This document shows, piece after piece, positions 10,117 through 18,827 of a stretch of DNA of 20,000 nucleotides (position 1 is the first letter of the stretch; each line of letters starts with the position of its first letter). The DNA is taken from the IMG/VR virus record IMGVR_UViG_3300047462_000385, positions 110,363 through 130,362 of that record; one strand, 5' to 3'. The notes below the pieces were generated by a model, which worked only from the letters and a program-made list of their open reading frames with translations, was not told the DNA's origin and did not search any database. Position numbers and translations under genes: made by a program. Source of the DNA: an uncultured virus (IMG/VR IMGVR_UViG_3300047462_000385). Taxonomy: Duplodnaviria > Heunggongvirae > Uroviricota > Caudoviricetes.

Positions 10117-11187
10117 TTAGGTTTTATTTTTAATACTGTCAAGTATTTTTTTCCATTCAGAATATGCGTATTCTTTTTTTGCAATATTAGCAAATGACAT
10201 ATCATTACTAATTTCACGTGCGTTGACTGTTCTTAATAAATGATCTAGATGGGCAGGCGAATCATAATACTGAATATATTTCAAAAAACCTTTTGGATCA
10301 TAATAGTCTGAAGTGTCTAACCACTTTTCTAAAATGGCAGGATTGCGAAGACTGTTGGGATTATTAATATCATCTGGCTCTTGTTTTTTGTTTATTTTAT
10401 AGAATGTTAATTCTTCTAATGCTTTACCTTGATGGTAAATCTCTTTACAATATTGTTTAGATGGAAAAAATTGTGGAACGTTTGCAGTATACTGTTCATG
10501 CATTGATGACGTGGAATTTGCATATGGGATATGAATTACTCCCTTATAACTATATAAATTTTCCCAAGTATATCTCCAATTAGAATCTCTTATTGAAGAA
10601 AGAGGAATAGCTAAATCGCCAGAGACTGATATTTCAGTTCTATTAGCTATTATATATTTATCTTTTGTTCCTGTATATTTTAGATTCGTGTAAGTTCCCC
10701 AATGAGGAATAAATGTTCCCTTAATACCAGTATGATATTCTGTATACCACTGATCGCCTCTATTACTACATACCCAATATAATGTTCCATCAGCAGTTTT
10801 TCTAGCCATAAAATCTTCTAATCTTTTTACTAGATGTGGGTTATCAAAAGTATTGGGATGCTGATATCTAATGCAGTTGATTACAATAATGGGCTTGTTC
10901 CATCTTTCATAAAGCATTGCAAATTCTGCTGGATAACAAGCAATAAAAGCGTCGTATTTTTTGAACTCTTCTTTATAAGTTTCATAAAAAATATCACAAA
11001 CTTCTTCTGAGCAAACACCAGAACATGTGAGAGCACTGGTGCCTAGCCTAATTGTATTTTTTGGTTTATTCAAAACCCAGTTGTGCCCAGATAGCGTCCA
11101 GTCATCCGTCTCATGCCCAAAATCTTTAAAGATATGAGCAAGGTCGGCAATTACTGAAACGTGTTGATCTATATTAAAAAATCTCAT
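10117..11187 (-). CDS. Hypothetical protein, possibly a GT-B glycosyltransferase
   Basis: 356-aa ORF. The YKGVIHIPY..S..EQYTANVP.F.PS segment resembles a GT-B donor-binding region. Coupled to its neighbours. Confidence 0.5.
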   Translation of the reverse strand: MRFFNIDQHVSVIADLAHIFKDFGHETDDWTLSGHNWVLNKPKNTIRLGTSALTCSGVCSEEVCDIFYETYKEEFKKYDAFIACYPAEFAMLYERWNKPIIVINCIRYQHPNTFDNPHLVKRLEDFMARKTADGTLYWVCSNRGDQWYTEYHTGIKGTFIPHWGTYTNLKYTGTKDKYIIANRTEISVSGDLAIPLSSIRDSNWRYTWENLYSYKGVIHIPYANSTSSMHEQYTANVPQFFPSKQYCKEIYHQGKALEELTFYKINKKQEPDDINNPNSLRNPAILEKWLDTSDYYDPKGFLKYIQYYDSPAHLDHLLRTVNAREISNDMSFANIAKKEYAYSEWKKILDSIKNKT

Positions 11188-11777
11188 ACTTCCTTTATCA
11201 TGATGTGCAGAACGTTTTCTTTTTCATCAATTTCATCCCAAAAAATTCTATCAACTTTAGGGTTGCTCATAATGAATTTTTCTAACTTGTCTTTATTATA
11301 TTTATTATGATACAAATCTTCCTCGACCCAATAATCTATTTTATCATCTGCATTATCTGGTTTAATAAACCAACCAATTAAAACTTCCTTTTTAGCAGCT
11401 CTGATGAATTCATTAATAGTTTTTTCATAATAGGAAAGGTGTTCTATAACTCCACGACAATATACACATTCATAAGAGCTGTCTTTCAGTGGCAAGTTTA
11501 CTTCAAGCTCAGCCTCTACCATCTTGATACCAAGATTTTTGTTCTTGTCAACTAAGTATGTACAGCTATCTAATCCAGTATAATCCACATCATACTGATC
11601 ATTTTTATATCCAAAATATTCTGTCGCAAGTCCACAACCACAATCAATAATTGATTTGTAACCTGTGGCAGCAACATATTTTCTACAAAATAGTTTTGTT
11701 GGTTGATCAAAATCTCCAATCCAACCCTCAAAGTCAGACATTCTATTTACTACATTTTTATTCCACCAAGTTGTCAT
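11184..11777 (-). CDS. Class I SAM-dependent methyltransferase
   Basis: Motifs SIIDCGCG, YTGLD and LPLKDSSYECVYCRGVIEHL. Confidence 0.85.
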   Translation of the reverse strand: MTTWWNKNVVNRMSDFEGWIGDFDQPTKLFCRKYVAATGYKSIIDCGCGLATEYFGYKNDQYDVDYTGLDSCTYLVDKNKNLGIKMVEAELEVNLPLKDSSYECVYCRGVIEHLSYYEKTINEFIRAAKKEVLIGWFIKPDNADDKIDYWVEEDLYHNKYNKDKLEKFIMSNPKVDRIFWDEIDEKENVLHIMIKEV

Positions 11778-12442
11778 ACTGCCGCCTTCTCTTGTTCTTT
11801 TTGCTCTAGGTGTAGTTCACAATCAGTTTTCTTTTGGAAATGTATTCCTATTTGAGCTTTTCTTTCTAGATAGTACATTTTCATTTTGAAATTTTCTGGA
11901 AGGAAAGGTATTACTGTATTATATAGTGTATAAGGTGAAAACCAATATTTATGATCAGGATGAACCATCTCTAATGCATATTCATCATCACAAAATATTT
12001 GAGCAACACTCATATTAGGTACAGTAATTAAATATTCTTTAGATTTAACTGAAAATATGTCTTTAAGAAAAGAATTAACATTTGGAACGTGTTCTATTAC
12101 TTCTGGAACTAAAACTATATCATATTCCTCTTTTACATCCTCATATGATGTAAAATAGGTTCCAGGACATGCCTCTAAAAGTTTTTTGGTAGTTTCAACA
12201 TCAATATCTAATCCGTGCAAGACGGTAGTGGGAGCGGGTGACTCGTCGCTATTTTGATATATTTTTGATAGATAAATATGAAGATTAGATTCGGGATCAT
12301 ACACCATCGAATCGGCGCAACCTATATGTAGAACCCTCTTTCCAAGACATGTTTTTGCGAAGAATTCAAATCTCCACTCTCTAATATTAGAAATATTTAT
12401 TTTTTGATTATAGAAGTTGCTGGTTTTCTCGTATATCGTCAT
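11774..12442 (-). CDS. Class I SAM-dependent methyltransferase
   Basis: Motifs RVLHIGCAD, HGLDID, YDIVLVPEVIEHVPN, ITVPN and HPDH..WFS. Start placed at ATG 12442, which gives an ATGA overlap with the GT11 stop. Confidence 0.85.
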   Translation of the reverse strand: MTIYEKTSNFYNQKINISNIREWRFEFFAKTCLGKRVLHIGCADSMVYDPESNLHIYLSKIYQNSDESPAPTTVLHGLDIDVETTKKLLEACPGTYFTSYEDVKEEYDIVLVPEVIEHVPNVNSFLKDIFSVKSKEYLITVPNMSVAQIFCDDEYALEMVHPDHKYWFSPYTLYNTVIPFLPENFKMKMYYLERKAQIGIHFQKKTDCELHLEQKEQEKAAV

Positions 12443-13152
12443 AATTTTGTCCATTGGGAAGGCAACAAATCTCTCGTATCATGTGGCAAATTCGGTCCAA
12501 ACCATCTTTGAGGTGCAATTACAATTTTAGAGGGATTCTTATTTAAGTAAGCTCCCCACCAAGAAAAACTGCTATTAGCTATAATTGTGTGTTCACAGCT
12601 CAACATCAATGCCAAATCTTCTACTGGTGACTTGCCTTCTGAAAATGTAATGTTATCACCTTGAAAATTTGCTTTACACCAAGCCATATCATCAGAAAAT
12701 ATAATATAATTCTTAGTTGCTGTCATTTGCATAGCTTTTGAGTAATAATCCATACCCAACTGAACATACTCCTGTTTAAGATTTAAGTAATCACCACGCC
12801 TAATATGTACTGCAGTATGATCCCATTGAATAGGTCCACCTACTTTAGGAGTTAGTAAATTTTGTATTATATCTTGAGACCTAATAAAATACTTTTCGGA
12901 TTGAAAAAATCCTTCCAAATTTAAGTTGGGTCGATAAGGAATCGGGGTGTACACGAAACCCGATTCTTTATATGTCTCTAAATTAGGAATGTTGTTGGAA
13001 AAACAACGAGTTAAGCTAAAATAGGAAGAATATTCCCATTCTGGGAACATATATTCTTCATTATTTTCAACAGCCAACGATATTGTTGTAGCTATTTGAA
13101 ATAATTGGTTTCCCAACCTTCCCATATTTCCTAAGTTTTTGAACGAAATCAT
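12439..13152 (-). CDS. Alpha-1,2-fucosyltransferase, GT11 family
   Basis: Motifs GRLGNQLFQ, GFFQSEKYF, HIRRGDY, FSDD..WCK and IIANSSFSWWGAYL. Confidence 0.93.
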   Translation of the reverse strand: MISFKNLGNMGRLGNQLFQIATTISLAVENNEEYMFPEWEYSSYFSLTRCFSNNIPNLETYKESGFVYTPIPYRPNLNLEGFFQSEKYFIRSQDIIQNLLTPKVGGPIQWDHTAVHIRRGDYLNLKQEYVQLGMDYYSKAMQMTATKNYIIFSDDMAWCKANFQGDNITFSEGKSPVEDLALMLSCEHTIIANSSFSWWGAYLNKNPSKIVIAPQRWFGPNLPHDTRDLLPSQWTKL

Positions 13153-15554
13153 CCGCGTATATCCTGGTGATTTTTATCTAAGAGCAAGATTTTAGGATGA
13201 AAGTTATTGGAACCCCACTGTCTTCGATAATACTCTATATTTGATTGAGGGTAGTGATAACTTGGAGACAATACTATATCTGGTTCATTGTCCAAGAAAT
13301 ACCTATTGATAGCCGTTTCATCATGCCAAACTGGAGTTATTCCATTGGCTAAGTCTTTGTCAATCATCTCACTACACCAGCGGGATAAGTTTAGATAACT
13401 GTCGCGTTGTCCACCACTGAAACCACCACCGAAGTAGTATTTGTAACGTTTAGGATATTCAACTGGCACGTAAAGAGATGATTGTGGATTATGCTCATAT
13501 GGACCTTGAGAGCTAAAGTATCCGCAGTGTCTTACTCCAACCAAGTTGCCAAGAATTTCGGTAGATATGTTGTCAACAAACAAACAGTCTACGTCCACGT
13601 AGTATAAGAAATCTTGTTTGCTAAATTGGCTAGCGTAATTTGTAAAATGCTTGAATCTATCCATGCTGGCATGTGGGAAAGGCTTATGATCAATATGTAT
13701 TTGTACTACATTTCTATTGGTTTCAATTTGATTATTAGTATCACTAAATACATAGTAAGTAACTTGGAATCTATCATTTAAGAAATACTTATCTGCCGAA
13801 GAGATGAGTCCTTGAATAAATTTTTGATACTTATTGGTTGCAATAAGCAACAATCCAACCGCAATCTTTGGTGGTGGTGGTCTCTCTGTTTTGGCGTACT
13901 TCGGCATGTTCCTAATGTACGAATCCAGACTTTGTTGCAATTGACGACTGACTTTATGATCGTTAATTGGATTATCAAGATTGTAAACGTATAGAATATC
14001 AGACAAGAATTGAGAATGATCTCCAGACATTTCTAGCATTGGGAACATGATAGCAAAGTCCCAAGTCATTTGGAAGAAATTGCCATTCTGCTGCAAGTCT
14101 TCTTTGTTGATCTTCTTGAATAGCCATGCATAGAAAGTTCTTAAGTGAGAAGCTCCCCAAGTTGTATGTCTGAATGCTCCAGTATTTACGATGTGAGGCG
14201 GATAAGGTGCAGCCACACCAGTGCTACCATCCGTACTATTCTTATATTGTCCGTAAGTCATCCAAATGTCGCGGCTAGAATAAATCTGTTTTAGACGATT
14301 CAACACATTGTCATCTGGAAACCAATCATCACCATCTAGTGTAAGAATGATTTCATCGTCATCACAGCTATGAATCATATTATACAAATTTGCTAGTGCG
14401 CCGATACGGTTCACATTTTTAATTAGTGTAACCTTGTCGGCGCGAGGTGAAGCATTAACTGCCTCACTTACTTTAGTAAAAGTATCATCACTGGAACAGT
14501 CGTCAGTAAATATAATTCTAAATTGATCATAGTTTTGACTTAATGCAGAATTAATATTTTGAACACACCATTTACTATTATTATAACTTGGAATTACAAT
14601 TACGAATTTCTTAATTGGACTATCCCAATTTGGAACTCCATTCGATGCTGGTGTGGGTGGTGGAATTGTTGATGTACTTGGGGCGGCGCCGTTATCCCAA
14701 ATCCAATTTGCACCATCTCTCTTCCAAATTCCAACAATTGCGCCCGCCTGACTAATCTGTCTGTTATGTGGCAAAGTGTCATTAATATTTGGAATTTGAG
14801 CGAGTCTTGGCGCATGATTATTGCCGCTAAAAGCAGGATGAGAAAACATTATCGGAGGAGGCGCCATTGGAGGAGGAGTATAAGTACTTTGTACCGCTGG
14901 CTTAGCAAATTGAATTGGGCTGCTATTTTTAACTGCAAACCAAATTCTTCTTCTTAAAATACTAGTATCTCCAGTATTTTGAACTTGCCAATCATATGTA
15001 AAATTACCAGCATTGAACTTAGCATTATCGACACGTTTGAAGTTCATACTGCATTCGGTTAACACTCTTTCAATTGCTGCCGCTGTTGGTCTTGAACTAA
15101 CACCATTAACTGACAAATCAAAAATGTTTTTATTTTCAGAAGAAATAATACATTTATTTGGATCATCTGAGTCACAGACAGCTGTTTCCAATATCAAGTG
15201 AGTTGTAGATGCACATACTGCCCTCAAATGAGCTTCATAGTCTCTTACGTGACAAAGCAATCCCAAATCTAAAATAACATCAAATTTCTTATTAGGAAAA
15301 GGCCAATCTCTATCCAAATCGGCTTTGATTGTTTTTAATCCGGGGAATTTCTTTCCAGCTGTTTGTAAATGTTCTTGTCTAGCATCTAATGCTAAAACAT
15401 CTGCTCCCAAGCGATACAAGGCTCCAATAATATCGCCTTGACCACAACCTAAATCTAATACTTTTTTGAAGTACCAAAACTTATGTCCGCCATAAAATTC
15501 AAGGATTCCCTTAATACGCTTCTGATTCCACTCTAGGTATTTTCCGTCAAACAA
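13149..15554 (-). CDS. Tri-domain fusion: class I methyltransferase, Pro-rich linker, GT2, GT6 (ABO-type alpha-1,3-Gal/GalNAc transferase)
   Basis: Methyltransferase domain: VLDLGCGQG, LLCH. GT2 domain (~14612-13890): VIPSYN, DDCSSD, LDGDDW. GT6 domain (~13870-13149): LLIATNKY, YYVDVD, YYFGGGFSGG, WHDETAINRYF, LSPSY. TTG start with a GGAAGAGG ribosome-binding site. Confidence 0.88.
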   Translation of the reverse strand: MFDGKYLEWNQKRIKGILEFYGGHKFWYFKKVLDLGCGQGDIIGALYRLGADVLALDARQEHLQTAGKKFPGLKTIKADLDRDWPFPNKKFDVILDLGLLCHVRDYEAHLRAVCASTTHLILETAVCDSDDPNKCIISSENKNIFDLSVNGVSSRPTAAAIERVLTECSMNFKRVDNAKFNAGNFTYDWQVQNTGDTSILRRRIWFAVKNSSPIQFAKPAVQSTYTPPPMAPPPIMFSHPAFSGNNHAPRLAQIPNINDTLPHNRQISQAGAIVGIWKRDGANWIWDNGAAPSTSTIPPPTPASNGVPNWDSPIKKFVIVIPSYNNSKWCVQNINSALSQNYDQFRIIFTDDCSSDDTFTKVSEAVNASPRADKVTLIKNVNRIGALANLYNMIHSCDDDEIILTLDGDDWFPDDNVLNRLKQIYSSRDIWMTYGQYKNSTDGSTGVAAPYPPHIVNTGAFRHTTWGASHLRTFYAWLFKKINKEDLQQNGNFFQMTWDFAIMFPMLEMSGDHSQFLSDILYVYNLDNPINDHKVSRQLQQSLDSYIRNMPKYAKTERPPPPKIAVGLLLIATNKYQKFIQGLISSADKYFLNDRFQVTYYVFSDTNNQIETNRNVVQIHIDHKPFPHASMDRFKHFTNYASQFSKQDFLYYVDVDCLFVDNISTEILGNLVGVRHCGYFSSQGPYEHNPQSSLYVPVEYPKRYKYYFGGGFSGGQRDSYLNLSRWCSEMIDKDLANGITPVWHDETAINRYFLDNEPDIVLSPSYHYPQSNIEYYRRQWGSNNFHPKILLLDKNHQDIRG

Positions 15555-15594
15555 AACTGACCTCTTCCATTCTTAATCAGACTACCACTATATA

Positions 15595-16368
15595 TTATGA
15601 ATTATTGGCGGATTTGGGCAACGGAATGTAATATGGTTTTTGCCCAGCAGCATAATCCCTACAGTTTTGCCTAAATTTGACAAGATTTTTTCCGCGACAA
15701 GAATCTTTAAATTCTCTATACTCACCCGTATCTAATTCACCTTGACCAAAGTGAACTCCCATATCTTTTAAATAACCAAGATCCCAGCCAACTAAACGGG
15801 CTCGAAAAAAGAAGTCGGCATCTTCCTCACCATATAGCCCATATTCAGTATTAAAGAATCCAATGCGATCGTGCAAATCACGATGAAAAACCGTACAAGC
15901 AGTTCCTAAATTTCCAGCTGGTTTGACCTGAAAAGTCTTACCGCCCCTAGTTACCAAAGGGTATGCAACATTTTCCATGTTGAGACCTAATGCCAATCTA
16001 GGATTCACTTCCATAATTTCAATACATTCTTTTAACCAACCAGGATTCAGCTCCACATCATTATCCAGCGTGGAAAGCCATGGGTCTTTGTATTGGGCGG
16101 CGATTTCTAAACCTTTGTTTCTACCAGGACCGATACCAAGATTTTTATCGTTAATATGAATGTCTAAGCCTTGACAATGCGTAGAATCAGACAGATAATT
16201 AAGGTAGGAGCGCTTCAATTTTATAAGCCACTCTGCCGTACCATCTGTAGATGCATTATCTACAATAATTAGTCGGTACGGGGAGTTTGTATTTTTGACT
16301 AAGCTATCCAACATTCTTTTTGTCAAATCTAATCTGTTGTAGGTTACAAACATTATGGATGTGGTCAT
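15595..16368 (-). CDS. GT2 family glycosyltransferase
   Basis: Motifs MFVTYNR, IIVDNASTDGT, NLGI..GRN, LDNDV and YGEEDAD. Start placed at ATG 16368, after a GGAG ribosome-binding site. Confidence 0.9.
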   Translation of the reverse strand: MTTSIMFVTYNRLDLTKRMLDSLVKNTNSPYRLIIVDNASTDGTAEWLIKLKRSYLNYLSDSTHCQGLDIHINDKNLGIGPGRNKGLEIAAQYKDPWLSTLDNDVELNPGWLKECIEIMEVNPRLALGLNMENVAYPLVTRGGKTFQVKPAGNLGTACTVFHRDLHDRIGFFNTEYGLYGEEDADFFFRARLVGWDLGYLKDMGVHFGQGELDTGEYREFKDSCRGKNLVKFRQNCRDYAAGQKPYYIPLPKSANNS

Positions 16369-16538
16369 TAATTTCTCCGACAATTCTTCTAACAGGAATA
16401 TATCGCTCACGCCCCTTTTTGGTATATAGGAATCGCAAAGGTAGTAAATTATGATAGATCTTGATGGTGGCTGGATATTGTATGGAATTATGTGGCTCCT
16501 AATCCTGGGTCTACTATATTTTCGGCATAAAGTACTAG

Positions 16539-17072
16539 ATGAACAGGAAACTAAGAATTAAGCTATTAGAGAAGGTAGCGCAGGCAACTCCGCCTACGAC
16601 GCAGCCTGCTCAACCTGCGGCTACTGTTCCTGCTTTGCCACCACCTCCAGCTGTACCTGGCATGTTATTGGTTAATAGGAAAAGGGAATATAATGGTCCC
16701 ACTGTTAATCTATTTGGGACATTGACCAAAATGCTCAATGATGCTATGCACTTCGCTAGCCAAGGCAAAGATAACTTTCAAAAAATAATAGACCGAGTTC
16801 TCGATCGTACTAGCACTGGTGACCAAAAGAATGTCAGCACTGTTGCTCAAATGTTTTATGATACTTTTTTGAATAAGGGCTCTTTGTATGGAAGGAAAGT
16901 TACCCCTAATGAAATTCATACTTGGGCAGACGCTATGTTGGGCAATGGTCAATTTAGAGCATTAACTGGGCTTAATCCAAATATTTCCTCAAAATTGGGA
17001 TATAATTTGCAAGATAGATTGATGCAAACCCTAAATAGTATTAAAAGTAATAACCCGACAGTATTGCGTTAA
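16539..17072 (+). CDS. Hypothetical protein with a Pro/Thr/Ala-rich N-terminal segment
   Basis: 177-aa ORF fills the gap between GT2 and the Thg1-like gene. No family recognised. Confidence 0.7.
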   Translation: MNRKLRIKLLEKVAQATPPTTQPAQPAATVPALPPPPAVPGMLLVNRKREYNGPTVNLFGTLTKMLNDAMHFASQGKDNFQKIIDRVLDRTSTGDQKNVSTVAQMFYDTFLNKGSLYGRKVTPNEIHTWADAMLGNGQFRALTGLNPNISSKLGYNLQDRLMQTLNSIKSNNPTVLR

Positions 17073-17087
17073 GTTATATTCATTATC

Positions 17088-17873
17088 ATGTCAAATCTAA
17101 AACTGAAAGACAGAATCGATTCCTATCGGGAATCGTCAGACACCAAGCTTCTAGCTCGTCTACCCATTGTCATTTGTGTCAATGGAAGGGCGTTCTCTAA
17201 GCTGACTTCGCTATTGGATAAGCCATACTGTCCCAAGTTTTCAGAATGCATCATGTCAACCATGTTGAAACTTTGCACCGAGGTTGAAGGCGCCCTTTTT
17301 GCTTACCAACACAATGATGAAATTGTAATCATCGCCCGCAATGATCAAAGTCAGGAAACGACTCCATGGTATGACAATCGCGTCCAAAAGATTGCCTCGG
17401 TTACTGCTGCCATCGCTACTCTGCACTTCAATAAGTGTGCCAGCGCTATAGACTTGAATCTAATGGGAGATGCAATCTTCACCTCTCAAGTATTTGCCGT
17501 ACCGAATATTATGGAAGCCATCAATACTTTAGTACATAAGCAGCAGAATAATTTTCATACTTCTATTCAATCTGCTTGCTTCTATGAACTATTAAAGAAG
17601 TACGATAAAAATACCATCAAAGACATGTTGAGTGGAATGAGTGTTGATGAAAAGATTGATTTATTGAATCAGGAAGCCAACATTGATTTTAATAACTGCC
17701 CCATGGCTTTTAGGAGAGGTGCTGCTTGTTATAAGGCGCCTAAGATAATGGAAGATGGTACCATGAAGAATAAATGGATGGTCAGTCCGGACCTGCCTAT
17801 TTTCACCAAGGACCAATCCTTTTTATCGAATATTTTTAAACATGGATCCGATATTTTCCGAGCCCCACAATAA
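17088..17873 (+). CDS. tRNA(His) guanylyltransferase Thg1-like protein with degenerate catalytic motifs
   Basis: Thg1 pattern GRAFSK..KP, AYQHNDEI, WYDNRVQKIASV.A, F..QVF.VP and FRRG. Confidence 0.85.
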   Translation: MSNLKLKDRIDSYRESSDTKLLARLPIVICVNGRAFSKLTSLLDKPYCPKFSECIMSTMLKLCTEVEGALFAYQHNDEIVIIARNDQSQETTPWYDNRVQKIASVTAAIATLHFNKCASAIDLNLMGDAIFTSQVFAVPNIMEAINTLVHKQQNNFHTSIQSACFYELLKKYDKNTIKDMLSGMSVDEKIDLLNQEANIDFNNCPMAFRRGAACYKAPKIMEDGTMKNKWMVSPDLPIFTKDQSFLSNIFKHGSDIFRAPQ

Positions 17874-17891
17874 TTTTTTAATTTGGGGCGG

Positions 17892-17919
17892 TTGACACAT
17901 GGGAATAAAGTGTTATAAT
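17892..17919 (+). promoter_or_regulatory. Consensus sigma70-type promoter for the tRNA array
   Basis: TTGACA (17892-17897), a 16-nt spacer, then TATAAT (17914-17919) with an extended TGn. It ends 12 nt before tRNA-Thr. Confidence 0.88.
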
Positions 17920-17931
17920 ATGTACACGTAA

Positions 17932-18006
17932 GCTGGTTTCGTCCTAATGGTAAGACCCTGCCCTTGTAACGCAGAGACCCGAGTTCGATTCTCGGCACCA
18001 GCTCCA
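17932..18006 (+). tRNA. tRNA-Thr (anticodon TGT)
   Basis: Cloverleaf with acceptor GCTGGT/ACCAGC, anticodon loop CTTGTAA, T-arm CCGAG-TTCGATT-CTCGG and encoded CCA. Mismatches at 7:66 and 31:39. Confidence 0.92.
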
Positions 18007-18066
18007 AGTCCCAGGTTAAAGTTTTCGGTGAATATACTGGGTACGAAACAAGCTGAAACCGAATAA

Positions 18067-18141
18067 GCTGTAGTAGTTCAGTGGTAGAATACTACTTTGG
18101 TAAAGTAGTGGTCGTGGGTTCGATCCCCACCTACAGCTCCA
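18067..18141 (+). tRNA. tRNA-Thr (anticodon GGT)
   Basis: Acceptor GCTGTAG/CTACAGC, anticodon arm CTACT-TTGGTAA-AGTAG, T-arm GTGGG-TTCGATC-CCCAC and encoded CCA. Confidence 0.96.
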
Positions 18142-18182
18142 ATAAAGTTCGAATCCTAAAATTAGCTGATATATTCATTCAT

Positions 18183-18827
18183 ATGAGACAAGGGCTGACC
18201 ACCAGTGAAGCTGGTAAATTAGGCGGAATTGAAGCTGCAAAAACAGCAGCTATGCGAAAACAAAATCGCATCGATGATTGGAATGCCAATCCAAAATTAT
18301 GCAAGTTTTGCAATGCACCTATCTCTTATGAGAAAAGATATAATGATTTTTGCAACCAATCATGTGGTGCCGCTTTCAACAATAAAGGTGTTAGAAGGCA
18401 CGGTCAAGAAGCTTCTAATTGTTTAGCTTGTGGTAAAAAGGCAGCTAGAGCTAATCGTAAATTTTGTAGCAATTCTTGTCAAAAAGATTTTGAGTGGAAG
18501 TCTAGTAAAGAAGAATTATTATCTTCTGATAATAGAAATGTATCGGTACGCAGGTTAAAAAATTTTCTCTTAGAAACAAGAGGCGTTCGATGTGAAATTT
18601 GCTTTATCACAGAATGGATGAACAAACCCGTTCCTTTAGTTATGGATCATATTGATGGTAACCCACATGATAGCAGCATATGTAATCTACGATTAATCTG
18701 CCATAATTGTGACGCTCAAACACCTACTTTTGCAGGTCGTAATAAAGGTAATGGTAGATTTGAAAGGGCTAAACGCTATAAGATTGAAAAAGAAGTTATA
18801 GCCGCTATAAAAGCTGATGTAGTTTAA
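18183..18827 (+). CDS. HNH homing endonuclease with two N-terminal Cys-rich zinc-binding repeats
   Basis: Repeats CKFC..FCNQSC and CLAC..FCSNSC, then CEIC...MDHIDGN..SICNLRLICHNCD. Start placed at ATG 18183 because the longer ORF-track start lies inside a tRNA. Confidence 0.9.
   Translation: MRQGLTTSEAGKLGGIEAAKTAAMRKQNRIDDWNANPKLCKFCNAPISYEKRYNDFCNQSCGAAFNNKGVRRHGQEASNCLACGKKAARANRKFCSNSCQKDFEWKSSKEELLSSDNRNVSVRRLKNFLLETRGVRCEICFITEWMNKPVPLVMDHIDGNPHDSSICNLRLICHNCDAQTPTFAGRNKGNGRFERAKRYKIEKEVIAAIKADVV

Noticed and set aside
64..16952. Numerous 60-150 aa overlapping ORFs (e.g. 64-327, 438-626, 3276-3728, 9019-9231, 13812-13994, 16710-16952)
   Set aside because: They are shadows of well-supported genes, in other frames or on the other strand, with no recognisable motifs.
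17729..18007. 92-aa minus-strand ORF
   Set aside because: It is an antisense shadow of the Thg1-like gene, the promoter and the tRNA.
18081..18182. N-terminal extension of the HNH ORF in the ORF track
   Set aside because: It lies inside tRNA-Thr(GGT). ATG 18183 has the shared upstream motif and is the better start.
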